From positions 65,482 to 129,481 of the forward strand of contig JBAYMG010000001.1 in assembly GCA_041663665.1 (NCBI GenBank): a stretch of 64,000 nucleotides of DNA, in the 5' to 3' direction. The position numbers and the translations under genes were made by a program. The number at the start of each line of letters is the position of its first letter. Within the stretch, counting starts at the first letter, position 1. The notes beneath the pieces are model-generated. The model had not been told where the DNA came from. It did no database searches and saw only the letters and a list, made by a program, of their open reading frames with translations. The stretch comes from Candidatus Omnitrophota bacterium. Its GTDB lineage: Bacteria; Omnitrophota; Gorgyraeia; Gygaellales; Profunditerraquicolaceae. Positions 39,519 to 48,801 of the stretch are shown piece by piece.

Positions 39519-40132
39519 TGAAAATTGCGGTTATTGACTATGGTATGGGCAATATTCATAGCGTAGCAAAGGCAATTAGCTTAAGCGGGGCAACTGCGTT
39601 AATAACAAATAAGAAATCCGATATAATTTCTTGCGATAAGCTGGTATTACCGGGAGTCGGGGCTTTTAGTGATGCAATGTCGGAATTAGCAAAGCAGGAT
39701 TTAATTAGTGTGATTAAGGATTTGGTTAATCAGAAGAAGCCGTTTTTGGGAATTTGTTTAGGCATGCAGCTTTTGTTGGAAAATAGCCAAGAGGCTGGAG
39801 ACAAAAATGGGCTGGGTATTTTAAGCGGCCAGGTGATAAAATTTAGCAGTAAGCCGGGGCAGAAAGTTCCGCACATGGGTTGGAATAATCAAAAGATCGT
39901 TGCGCAAGCATGCCCTTTGTTAAAAGGAGTAAGCGGCGATTCCCAGGTTTATTTCTGCCACTCATATTACGCAAACCCTGTTGATAAAACGGTGGTTGCC
40001 TCAACTTGTGATTATGGTTTGGAGTTTGCCAGTGTCCTTTGGAAAGATAATGTTTATGGAGTACAATTTCATCCGGAGAAAAGCCAGTTAACCGGATTAA
40101 AGATAATTAAAAACTTTGTGGCCCTATGTTAA
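39518..40132 (+). CDS. hisH: Imidazole glycerol phosphate synthase, glutaminase subunit
   Basis: IAVIDYGMGN, GICLGMQLL (catalytic Cys) and VQFHPE motifs. Confidence 0.9.
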   Translation: MKIAVIDYGMGNIHSVAKAISLSGATALITNKKSDIISCDKLVLPGVGAFSDAMSELAKQDLISVIKDLVNQKKPFLGICLGMQLLLENSQEAGDKNGLGILSGQVIKFSSKPGQKVPHMGWNNQKIVAQACPLLKGVSGDSQVYFCHSYYANPVDKTVVASTCDYGLEFASVLWKDNVYGVQFHPEKSQLTGLKIIKNFVALC

Positions 40133-40845
40133 TTATACCGGCAATTGATTTAAGAGGCGGAAAAGTAGTCAGGCTTTTTCAGGGGAAATTTAATCAGGAG
40201 AAAGTCTATTCCAGTGATCCGGTTAAAGTAGCCAAACATTGGGCAAAACAGGGTGCAAAATTTTTACACATTGTAGATTTAGACGGCGCATCTAGCGGGG
40301 TATCTAAAAATCTTGAAGTTGTCAAAAAGATTATTGATCAGGTGGGCATCCCTCTTGAATTCGGCGGAGGGGTGAGAAGCGTTGAGGCGATAGCTAAATT
40401 ACTTAAATTAGGGGTGCAAAGAGTTGTCCTGGGGACCAGAGCAGCTAAGGATGCGGAATTTTTAAAAAAAGCCTGGCAGAAATTTGGTGAAAAAATTATT
40501 GTTAGCATTGATGCTAAAGACGGTTTAGTTTTGACTGAAGGCTGGGATAAAACTGCTTCTAAAACGGCATTAAATTTTGCTCAAGAATTAAAAAGAATAG
40601 GTTTTAAACAGTTAATTTATACTGATATTTCTAAGGATGGAACTTTGACTGGGCCGAATATTTTGGGGATTAAGGAGCTGCTTAAGGCAACCGGATTGAA
40701 TATTGTTGCTTCAGGTGGTGTTTCGGATTTAAAAGATTTATTTAAGCTCAATAAGCTTAAGGAACAAGGGGTCACAGGGGTAATTATTGGTAAAGCGCTT
40801 TACGAAGGTAAATTTACTTTAGCCGAAGCGTTGAAACATAACTAG
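40126..40845 (+). CDS. hisA: ProFAR isomerase
   Basis: IIPAIDLRGGKVVRL and D-loop motifs. 239 aa. Confidence 0.9.
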   Translation: MLIIPAIDLRGGKVVRLFQGKFNQEKVYSSDPVKVAKHWAKQGAKFLHIVDLDGASSGVSKNLEVVKKIIDQVGIPLEFGGGVRSVEAIAKLLKLGVQRVVLGTRAAKDAEFLKKAWQKFGEKIIVSIDAKDGLVLTEGWDKTASKTALNFAQELKRIGFKQLIYTDISKDGTLTGPNILGIKELLKATGLNIVASGGVSDLKDLFKLNKLKEQGVTGVIIGKALYEGKFTLAEALKHN

Positions 40846-40863
40846 GAAAGGGAGGAAGGAAAC

Positions 40864-41301
40864 ATGGTAAAAAGAGTATTGTTGTTAGGGGTGGCTACGG
40901 CTTTTGTTTTTTCTTTAAGTGGGTGTGCTACAACCAAGAAGAACGATGATTTGCTAACTCAAGGATTAAAAAACAAGATTATGGCGTTAGAGTCGCAGCT
41001 AAATGAAAAAGATAACGAAATAAATAGCTTAAAGGAAGGTTCGGTTAAAACCAGTGAAGTAACTACAGAAACAACGGTTGCCAAAGTTAGCCAGGTTAAG
41101 GATGTGCCAACTTTAAAACAGATTCAGACTGCTTTAAAAAATGCCGGTTATTATCAGGGTGTTGTTGATGGAAAAATTGGTAAAAATACCCGCCAGGCAA
41201 TAAAAGATTTTCAAAAAGCAAATAATCTTCCGGTTGATGGTAAAGTAGGCAAGAAGACTTGGGAAGTTCTAAAAGATAATTTAAACAAAAAAACTAAGTA
41301 A
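40864..41301 (+). CDS. Lipoprotein with coiled-coil segment and C-terminal peptidoglycan-binding (PG_binding_1-like) domain
   Basis: Lipobox LSGC, a coiled-coil region, and TLKQIQTALKNAGYYQGVVDGKIGKNTRQAIKDFQKANNLPVDGKVGKKTW, which is a typical PG-binding repeat. Inserted between hisA and hisF. Confidence 0.6.
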   Translation: MVKRVLLLGVATAFVFSLSGCATTKKNDDLLTQGLKNKIMALESQLNEKDNEINSLKEGSVKTSEVTTETTVAKVSQVKDVPTLKQIQTALKNAGYYQGVVDGKIGKNTRQAIKDFQKANNLPVDGKVGKKTWEVLKDNLNKKTK

Positions 41302-41334
41302 ATAGTCAGAAGGGTAGATTAATTACTATCTTTT

Positions 41335-42093
41335 ATGCTTAGCAAACGTATTATTCCTTGTTTGGATATTAAGGACGGTCGCGTAGTCAAGGGTGTTAAG
41401 TTCCTTGGGCTGCGCGATGCCGGTTCCCCGGTTGAAGTAGCCAAGGCTTATGACGCTCAAGGGGCAGACGAGTTAGTGTTTTTGGATATTACCGCAAGCT
41501 TTGAGAATCGGAAAACTTTAGTTGATTTGGTTCAGAAGATCGCGCAAAATATTTTTATGCCTTTTACGGTCGGCGGGGGAATTGGCGAGATTGAAGATAT
41601 TCGCAACATTTTGAATGCCGGAGCTGAAAAAGTTTCGATGAATACTCAGGCGGTTAAGTTTCCTCAGTTAATCAGCGATGCTGCGAAAAGGTTCGGCAGT
41701 CAGTGTGTTGTTGTGGCCATCGATGCTAAAAGGCAGGAAAAGATGTGGGAGGTATTCATTAACGGCGGCAGGACTCCGACAGGAATTAATGCATTGGTTT
41801 GGGCTGAAAAAGCAGCTAGGCTTGGAGCAGGTGAGATTCTTTTAACCAGTATGGATTTTGATGGAACCAAAGGCGGTTACGATTTAGAGTTAACTAAGGC
41901 CATAACTAGTAAAGTTAATATCCCGGTAATTGCTTCCGGTGGAGCCGGATCTTTGGAAGATTTTTATAATGTTTTTGTTGAAGCTAGGGCCGATGCTGCG
42001 TTGGCTGCTTCACTTTTTCATTATAATGAATTTTCGATAAGCCAGGTAAAGAGTTATTTAAAAGAAAGAGGAGTGCCGGTAAGGTTATTGTAA
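41335..42093 (+). CDS. hisF: Imidazole glycerol phosphate synthase, cyclase subunit
   Basis: [17 protein letters not shown]-terminus and (beta/alpha)8 motifs. Confidence 0.9.
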   Translation: MLSKRIIPCLDIKDGRVVKGVKFLGLRDAGSPVEVAKAYDAQGADELVFLDITASFENRKTLVDLVQKIAQNIFMPFTVGGGIGEIEDIRNILNAGAEKVSMNTQAVKFPQLISDAAKRFGSQCVVVAIDAKRQEKMWEVFINGGRTPTGINALVWAEKAARLGAGEILLTSMDFDGTKGGYDLELTKAITSKVNIPVIASGGAGSLEDFYNVFVEARADAALAASLFHYNEFSISQVKSYLKERGVPVRLL

Positions 42094-42150
42094 GAATTTC
42101 AAATTTGTTTAAGATTATGAGTTTAGAGTTTTAATTAAAGGGGATAAAGG

Positions 42151-42483
42151 GTGAAAAAAATATCTTTTAAATTAGGAAGTTTGAAGTTTGATCAGAAGGG
42201 ATTAATTCCGGCAATTGTTCAGGATTATAAAAATAACCAGGTATTAATGCTGGCTTATATGAACAAGGAATCATTACGGAGAAGTTTGAAATTAGGCAAA
42301 ACCTGTTTTTGGTCGCGTTCGAGAAAAGAATATTGGGTTAAAGGATTAACCAGCGGCCATTTCCAGTTTATTAAAAAAATTGCCTATGATTGTGATTTGG
42401 ATGCTTTATTAATTAAAGTGCGCCAGGTTGGTAAAGCCTGCCATACAGGCAATCGTTCATGTTTTTATCGGGATATAAAATAA
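42151..42483 (+). CDS. hisI: Phosphoribosyl-AMP cyclohydrolase (HisI domain only, no HisE fusion)
   Basis: 110 aa. LIPAIVQD...CHTGNRSCF motifs. Confidence 0.85.
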   Translation: MKKISFKLGSLKFDQKGLIPAIVQDYKNNQVLMLAYMNKESLRRSLKLGKTCFWSRSRKEYWVKGLTSGHFQFIKKIAYDCDLDALLIKVRQVGKACHTGNRSCFYRDIK

Positions 42484-43970
42484 AGGTAAAATTGATCAAA
42501 CCAGATTTAAAAGAATTTTTAAATTTTAGTAAAAAAGCAAATGTTATTCCGGTGTATCAAGAGATAAATGCTGATTTGGATACTCCGGTTTCGGCTTTTT
42601 TAAAATTAGAGCAGGGAGATTATTCCTTTATTTTGGAGTCAATTGAGGGCCAGGAAAAGATCGCCCGGTATTCTTTTATCGGGACTAATCCCAGTTTGGT
42701 TTTTAAAAGTAAAGGGAAGCAAATTGAAATTATTGACACTCAAAAGAATAAAACGAAAAAATTTGTTGTTTTAGGCTCACCGTTAGATGAAATTAAAAGA
42801 ATAATGCAGGATTTTCGCAGCGTTCAAGTACCCGGGCTGCCGCGTTTTTATGGAGGTTTAGTCGGTTATGTGGGTTATGACACGGTAAGATTTTTTGAAA
42901 ATATTCCGGATAAGAATAAAGATGATTTAAATATTCCGGATATACTTTTAATTCTAACCGATACACTTTTGATTTTTGACCGTTTAAATCATTCAATTAA
43001 GATCTTAAGTAATGTTCTTTTGCCAAAAAATTCTAATATTCTTAAGAAAAGGCAGCTTTATGAATCGGCAGTTAAAAAAATCCAAGTCATTCAGGATAAT
43101 TTCAATCAATCGGTTATCCAGAAGCAAATAAAAAACAATTTCAAACAATCAGAAATTAAGAGTAATTTAAAAAAATCAGAATTTGTTAATATAGTAAAAA
43201 AGGCAAAAAAGTATATCAAGAAAGGCGATATTATCCAGGTAGTTTTGTCGCAAAGATTTAAGGTTGCTACGCAAAAAAATGATTTTGCAATTTATCGTTC
43301 TTTACGCAGCCTCAATCCTTCGCCTTACATGTATTATCTAAAGTTTAAAGATTTTGCAGTTATCGGTTCAAGCCCTGAGACGCTGGTGCGTTGTGAGAAC
43401 GGCATAGTGCAAACTCGGCCGATTGCCGGTACGCGCAAGCGCGGCAAGAATGAGCAGGAAGATGTCAGATTAGAAAAAGAGCTTTTGAATGATGAGAAAG
43501 AAAAAGCTGAACATTTGATGTTAGTTGATTTGGGCCGGAACGATTTGGGCCGGGTGAGCAAGCTGGGGCAAGTCAAAGTTGATTATTTTATGCAAGTTGA
43601 AAAATATTCTCATGTTATGCATCTGGTCAGCCAGGTAAGCGCAATACTTGACAAAAAAGCTTTTGATATCTATGATGTTTTGAAAGCCGCGTTTCCGGCA
43701 GGCACGGTTTCCGGCAGCCCGAAGATCAGGGCAATGGAAATTATCGATCAGTTGGAAAAATCAAAACGTTCTTTGTATGCCGGGGCAATTGGTTATTTTA
43801 GTTTTTCGCATAATTTGGATACTTGCATTGCTATTCGGACAATATTATTAAAGGACGGTTTTGCTTATGTACAGGCCGGGGCAGGGATTGTCGCTGATTC
43901 GGTGCCGGAAAAAGAATATCAGGAATCAGTGAATAAAGCCCAAGGCATGATGGAAGCAATTTTAAAATGA
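42459..43970 (+). CDS. Chorismate-utilising enzyme: anthranilate synthase / aminodeoxychorismate synthase component I
   Basis: 503 aa. Conserved [12 protein letters not shown] and C-terminal GAGIVADS motifs. No amidotransferase partner in the window. Confidence 0.8.
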   Translation: MFLSGYKIKVKLIKPDLKEFLNFSKKANVIPVYQEINADLDTPVSAFLKLEQGDYSFILESIEGQEKIARYSFIGTNPSLVFKSKGKQIEIIDTQKNKTKKFVVLGSPLDEIKRIMQDFRSVQVPGLPRFYGGLVGYVGYDTVRFFENIPDKNKDDLNIPDILLILTDTLLIFDRLNHSIKILSNVLLPKNSNILKKRQLYESAVKKIQVIQDNFNQSVIQKQIKNNFKQSEIKSNLKKSEFVNIVKKAKKYIKKGDIIQVVLSQRFKVATQKNDFAIYRSLRSLNPSPYMYYLKFKDFAVIGSSPETLVRCENGIVQTRPIAGTRKRGKNEQEDVRLEKELLNDEKEKAEHLMLVDLGRNDLGRVSKLGQVKVDYFMQVEKYSHVMHLVSQVSAILDKKAFDIYDVLKAAFPAGTVSGSPKIRAMEIIDQLEKSKRSLYAGAIGYFSFSHNLDTCIAIRTILLKDGFAYVQAGAGIVADSVPEKEYQESVNKAQGMMEAILK

Positions 43971-44036
43971 TTTTAAACTCTAGATAGATTTTTAGGGTTT
44001 ATTGTTTACAGGTTAACAGCAGTATAATAAAGGAGG

Positions 44037-44291
44037 ATGCAAAAAATGGCAGTTCATATTCGTTTAAGAAGGATTGGTAAGAATCCAAGTGGAAAACCGC
44101 ATTTTCGCGTTACTGTTTTTGATGAACGCATGGGTAGAGATAGCCGCATAATTGAAGAATTGGGTTATTATAAACCGACTACCGGTGAAGCAAGGCTTAA
44201 GGTTGAACGTATTGCCGAGTGGGTTAAGAACGGTGCACAGTTGTCGACCACAGTTAAGAGTTTATTAAAGAAATCACAAAAAGGAGCTTAA
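44037..44291 (+). CDS. rpsP: 30S ribosomal protein S16
   Basis: MAVHIRLRRIGKNPSGKPHFRVTV N-terminus. 84 aa. Confidence 0.9.
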   Translation: MQKMAVHIRLRRIGKNPSGKPHFRVTVFDERMGRDSRIIEELGYYKPTTGEARLKVERIAEWVKNGAQLSTTVKSLLKKSQKGA

Positions 44292-44292
44292 T

Positions 44293-44571
44293 ATGCCGCA
44301 AACAAGCGCAGCTAGTCCGTTGGTTCAGCTTTTTCCGTTAGCCTTAATTTTCATTATTTTTTATTTTCTCCTGATCCGCCCGCAAAAACAAAAAGAGAAA
44401 GAGCATCAAAAAATGTTGGCTGGGATTGCTAGGAATGATGAAATTGTAACTTTAGGCGGAATACATGGAACAGTAGTTACTTTAAAAGAAAAGACTTTAA
44501 TCTTACGCATTGATGAGAATGTAAAAATGGAAATTGAAAAGAACAGCGTAGCTTATATTAAAAAGCTTTAA
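44293..44571 (+). CDS. yajC: Preprotein translocase subunit YajC
   Basis: 92 aa. A single TM segment then GD.V.T.GG..G.V, matching the YajC pattern. Upstream of secDF. Confidence 0.8.
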   Translation: MPQTSAASPLVQLFPLALIFIIFYFLLIRPQKQKEKEHQKMLAGIARNDEIVTLGGIHGTVVTLKEKTLILRIDENVKMEIEKNSVAYIKKL

Positions 44572-44603
44572 GAAGTATTTAAAAAAATAGGAGCTAAAGC
44601 ACG

Positions 44604-46805
44604 ATGGAAAGAAAACTGATTTATAAAATATTGCTTATTTTAGGAGTTGTGGGCCTGTGTTTGTATTACACTTTTCCTTTAAATAAGCGTATTAACTTAG
44701 GCCTGGATTTACAAGGTGGGATGCATCTTTTGCTTAAAGTTGATACCAGTCACCTTGAAGGCCAAGCCAAACTTGATGCTTGTGACCGGGCACTTGAAGT
44801 GATCCGTAATCGTATCGATGAGTTTGGGGTCAGAGAGACTTCCATTCAAAAACAGGGTGAAGATGAAATTGTTGTTCAGCTCCCCGGCGTAACTGACCGG
44901 CAGCGCGCCATTGATTTGATTGGCAAAACTGCGATGCTTGAATTCAAAGTTGTTTCCAATGAAACTGAAAAATTAAAAGAAGCAATTGCCGGAACAGTTC
45001 CAGACGGTTATGAATTAAAGTATACCCCGGATGAGAATGAGCCGCTTTTACTTGAAAAGAAGGCAGTATTGGTTGGAGACACTTTGACTAATGCTTCAGT
45101 ACGATTTGATCAGAGCCAGTTCAATGAACCGATTGTTTCTTTGCAGTTTAATCCTGTTGGTGCTAAGAAGTTCTCTGAGGTTACTGCGGCAAATGTCGGC
45201 AAGCGCCTGGCGATTGTCTTAGACGGCAAAGTTCAGTCGGCTCCGCGGATCAGGGAGGCAATTCCTTCAGGTGAAGCGGTAATTACCGGAAGATTTGATG
45301 CGCAGGCTGCTCAAGATTTGGCGTTGGTCTTAAGGGTTGGCGCTTTACCTGCTCCAATGTATGTTGAAGAAGAGAGAACCGTTGGGCCGCTTTTGGGCCA
45401 GGATTCAATAAATAAAGGGGTTAAGGCTTGCCTGGTTGGTTGTGCTTTAGTCTTTATTTTTATGGCGGGTTATTATTTGTTAGCCGGCTTAATCAGTGAT
45501 ATCGCGCTTTTACTAAACCTTATTATGATTCTTGGCGGGTTAGGTTTGCTACCGTTACTTTTTCCAGGGGTTTCAGCGACATTGACTTTACCCGGTATTG
45601 CCGGTATCGCTCTATCTTTAGGTATGGCAGTAGATGCAAACGTTTTGATTAATGAGCGGATTCGAGAAGAACTTTCTGCCGGAAGGAACCTGCGGGCGGC
45701 CATAGCTAATGGTTATTCCAGAGCGTTTAGTGCTATTTTTGATTCTAATTTGACTACTTTGATTGCAGCTTTTATGTTGTTTCAATTTGGGACGGGCCCC
45801 ATCCGTGGTTTTGCGGTTACTTTGACCATTGGTTTAATAGCAAGTATGTTTACGGCAATTGTCGTTACACGTGTAATATTTGATTTATTGCTTAATTCAG
45901 GTTTGGTTAAGAACTTGCCGATGTTGAAGTTGATCGGAGAAACAAAACTGGATTTTATTAGTAAGCGAAAAATATTTTATGCACTCTCATTAATTATAAT
46001 CGTTGGGGGGTTATCGCTATATTTTAAAAAAGGCCCGGCAGTTTATGGTATTGATTTTGCCGGAGGGCAGCTTCAGGAATATAGTTTTAAAAATCCTCCG
46101 CAGATTGATCAGGTGCGCCAGGTGTTAAAAGACATAAACCTTGCTGATGCATCTATTCAGCAGTTCAAGGATAACCCGAAGGTAGTTTTAATCAGGACCA
46201 CTGAAGACAAAAACCAGATTCTGACGGATAAATTGAAAGCAACTTTTCCTAATGAGGATATTCAGATACTAAAGATTGAACGAGTAGGCCCGGTTGCCGG
46301 AAATCATCTTAAGAAAAAAGCTGTGCTGGCGCTTGTTTGGTCGCTGATTGCAATTTTAATTTATGTCAGTTTCAGGTTTAAACATGTAAACTTTGCGTTA
46401 GCTGGCATAATTGCTCTTATGCATGACGTGTTGGTTACGTTGGGATTTTTAGTTTTTACTAACCGGCAGATTGATCTTTTAACGGTAACTGCTTTCTTGA
46501 CTATTGCTGGTTATTCGATTAATGATACTATTGTTATTTATGACCGGGTGCGTGAGAATGCCCGTCTTTACCGTAAGCTTTCTTTAAAGGAGTTGATTAA
46601 TTTAAGTGTAAATCAGACTCTTGGCCGCACGTTATTGACTTCCGGGGTTACGCTTTTGGTAGTTATTGCCTTTATGTTTTACGGAGGAGATGTTTTAGGT
46701 AATTTCTCTTTTGCCTTATTTGTGGGTTTTATTTCAGGCGTATATTCAACAGTTTATATTGCTTCGCCTTTAGTGCTTGCTTGGAGCGGGAAGAATAAAA
46801 AATAG
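44604..46805 (+). CDS. secDF: Protein translocase SecDF fusion protein
   Basis: 733 aa with two large periplasmic domains and 12 TM segments. SecD motifs (LGLDLQGG) and SecF motifs. Confidence 0.9.
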   Translation: MERKLIYKILLILGVVGLCLYYTFPLNKRINLGLDLQGGMHLLLKVDTSHLEGQAKLDACDRALEVIRNRIDEFGVRETSIQKQGEDEIVVQLPGVTDRQRAIDLIGKTAMLEFKVVSNETEKLKEAIAGTVPDGYELKYTPDENEPLLLEKKAVLVGDTLTNASVRFDQSQFNEPIVSLQFNPVGAKKFSEVTAANVGKRLAIVLDGKVQSAPRIREAIPSGEAVITGRFDAQAAQDLALVLRVGALPAPMYVEEERTVGPLLGQDSINKGVKACLVGCALVFIFMAGYYLLAGLISDIALLLNLIMILGGLGLLPLLFPGVSATLTLPGIAGIALSLGMAVDANVLINERIREELSAGRNLRAAIANGYSRAFSAIFDSNLTTLIAAFMLFQFGTGPIRGFAVTLTIGLIASMFTAIVVTRVIFDLLLNSGLVKNLPMLKLIGETKLDFISKRKIFYALSLIIIVGGLSLYFKKGPAVYGIDFAGGQLQEYSFKNPPQIDQVRQVLKDINLADASIQQFKDNPKVVLIRTTEDKNQILTDKLKATFPNEDIQILKIERVGPVAGNHLKKKAVLALVWSLIAILIYVSFRFKHVNFALAGIIALMHDVLVTLGFLVFTNRQIDLLTVTAFLTIAGYSINDTIVIYDRVRENARLYRKLSLKELINLSVNQTLGRTLLTSGVTLLVVIAFMFYGGDVLGNFSFALFVGFISGVYSTVYIASPLVLAWSGKNKK

Positions 46806-46827
46806 GAGATTGCTATAAGCACGCTTT

Positions 46828-46890
46828 AATCGGGGACGCTCCTATTTAATTAAATTAAATAGGAGCGTCCCCGATTTATTTATTTTAAAT
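46828..46890 (+). terminator. Intrinsic terminator-like hairpin: perfect 20-bp inverted repeat, 9-nt loop, then a T-rich tract
   Basis: aatcggggacgctcctattt-aattaaatt-aaataggagcgtccccgatt, followed by tatttatttt, immediately after the secDF stop. Confidence 0.55.
46857..46876 (+). repeat. Copy of 20-nt dispersed motif AAATAGGAGCGTCCCCGATT (direct copy; the inverted partner is at 46828..46847)
   Basis: Exact 20-mer, 14 nt upstream of the mfd ATG. Confidence 0.8.
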
Positions 46891-48801
46891 ATGCTATTTA
46901 AATCTCTCAAACTTTATCTTAATCAGAATATCAATTTAGAGGCTCTTTCTGAGGCAGTAGTTGATTTTGGTTATAAGCGGCAGGAGGTGATTTCTGTTGA
47001 GGGAGATTTTGCCCGGAGAGGCTCGATTATTGATATTTTCCCGTTTTCTTTTGAGCTGCCTATTCGTATTGAGCTGGATAATGACAAAATAATTTCGATT
47101 AAAACTTTTAATCCCTCGACTGGAGAACCTCTTTGGCAGCATAGTATTGTTATTGTCTTGCCGCATAAAAAATCTTCAAGTTCAAGAAGCAGTGCTTTCA
47201 GCGAAGAATTTCCTTTAAAAAATTTTCTGGATTTAAATATTGGTGATTTTGTGGTGCATAATCAGCATGGCATTGGTAAGTTCCAGGGCATGCAGAAGAT
47301 CAAGGTGGGAGGGGCGCTTAAAGATCATTTGGTAATTGAATATGACCGTAATGAAAAACTTTTTGTGCCGACTGATGCGATGCATTTGGTGCAAAAGTAT
47401 ATTGCTTTCCAGGCACGCAAGCCAAAGCTTTACCGGTTGGGCAGTAAGGAGTGGCAAAGAGTAAAAAACAAGACCCGTCAAGGTATTCAAAAATTAGCCT
47501 GGGAGCTTTTAAGTTTGGAAGCAATGCGTCTTGCCTGTAAAGGTTTTAAATTTTCTGCCGATACAGAGTGGCAGGCTGAGTTTGAAAAAACATTTCCTTA
47601 TGAAGAGACTCCGGATCAAATCAAAGCGATGCTTGAGGTTAAGCGGGATATGGAGTCTTTTAAGCCGATGGACCGGCTGCTCTGCGGTGATGTTGGTTAC
47701 GGTAAAACCGAAGTGGCAATGCGTTCGGCTTTTAAGGCGGTTATGGATAATAAGCAAGTTGCTTATCTTGTTCCAACTACAATTTTAGCCGAGCAGCATT
47801 ATAAAAATTTCAGCGCACGTTTAAGCAATTTTCCGGTGGATGTGCAGATGCTTTCGCGTTTTAAGACGATTGGCCAGCAGAAAGAAATTATCAAAAATAT
47901 AACTTTGGGCAGTGTAGATATTGTTATTGGCACACACAGGCTTCTTTCGTCTGACGTAGTTTTTAAGGATTTAGGTTTAGTCATCGTTGATGAGGAGCAG
48001 CGGTTTGGCGTGAAAGCTAAGGAACAGTTAAAGAAGCTGAAAAACATGACTGATGTTTTGGTTTTGACCGCAACTCCGATTCCCCGTACATTATATATGA
48101 GCTTGATGGGGGCAAAGGATTTCTCGGTAATTAATACTCCTCCTCAAAATAGGTTGCCTATCAAGACGGTTGTGGTAGAATATGATACAGATTTGGTCAC
48201 TCAGGCGATTAAGCGCGAGCTTGAACGCAAGGGGCAGGTGTTCTTTCTGCATAACCGGATTCTAGACCTGGATAAGATTAAAGATAGAATTGCCAGAGCT
48301 TTGCCTCTTGGTGTGCGAGTAGCTATCGCCCATGGCCAAATGCCGGCAAAGGTGCTTGAGCAGATAATGGCAGATTTTATTTCAGGGAATATCGATGTTT
48401 TAGTTTCGACGATGATTATCGAATCCGGAATTGATATACCTAATGCCAATACTATTATTATAAATAATGCGCAAATGTTTGGATTGTCGGATTTGCATCA
48501 GCTGCGGGGCCGGGTGGGGAGGTTTAATCGTTCCGCATATGCGTATTTTATGTTTCCGAAAAAAGAGATTTTAGAATCCGTTGCTTTAAAGAGGCTGCAG
48601 GCAATAGAAAATCACAGCGGCTTGGGCGCAGGTTTTAATATCGCCACAGAGGATCTAGAGATTCGCGGTGCAGGGAATTTGCTGGGAGGAGAACAGCACG
48701 GGTTTATAATTGCTATCGGTTTTGATCTTTATTGCCGCTTGTTAAAAGAAGCAATTTCTAATTTTAAGAAAGTAGGTGTTTTTAATGAAACGCATAACTA
48801 G
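46891..48801 (+). CDS. mfd: Transcription-repair coupling factor (Mfd) homolog, compact form (636 aa) lacking most of the N-terminal UvrB-homology module and the C-terminal D7 domain
   Basis: The RNAP-interaction domain motif GDFVVHNQHGIGKFQG sits at residue ~118. The SF2 translocase motifs are present (GDVGYGKTEVA, DEEQRFG, TATPIPRT, QLRGRVGR). The ORF ends about 20 aa after the TRG/hook region (FDLYCRLL). Confidence 0.8.
   Translation: MLFKSLKLYLNQNINLEALSEAVVDFGYKRQEVISVEGDFARRGSIIDIFPFSFELPIRIELDNDKIISIKTFNPSTGEPLWQHSIVIVLPHKKSSSSRSSAFSEEFPLKNFLDLNIGDFVVHNQHGIGKFQGMQKIKVGGALKDHLVIEYDRNEKLFVPTDAMHLVQKYIAFQARKPKLYRLGSKEWQRVKNKTRQGIQKLAWELLSLEAMRLACKGFKFSADTEWQAEFEKTFPYEETPDQIKAMLEVKRDMESFKPMDRLLCGDVGYGKTEVAMRSAFKAVMDNKQVAYLVPTTILAEQHYKNFSARLSNFPVDVQMLSRFKTIGQQKEIIKNITLGSVDIVIGTHRLLSSDVVFKDLGLVIVDEEQRFGVKAKEQLKKLKNMTDVLVLTATPIPRTLYMSLMGAKDFSVINTPPQNRLPIKTVVVEYDTDLVTQAIKRELERKGQVFFLHNRILDLDKIKDRIARALPLGVRVAIAHGQMPAKVLEQIMADFISGNIDVLVSTMIIESGIDIPNANTIIINNAQMFGLSDLHQLRGRVGRFNRSAYAYFMFPKKEILESVALKRLQAIENHSGLGAGFNIATEDLEIRGAGNLLGGEQHGFIIAIGFDLYCRLLKEAISNFKKVGVFNETHN

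Noticed and set aside
44586-44607. Partial matches to the 20-nt motif (aaataggagctaaagcacg upstream of secDF; aataggagattgctataagcacg at 46801)
   Set aside because: Only the AGGAG-containing half matches. It is more simply explained as ordinary Shine-Dalgarno context than as additional motif copies.
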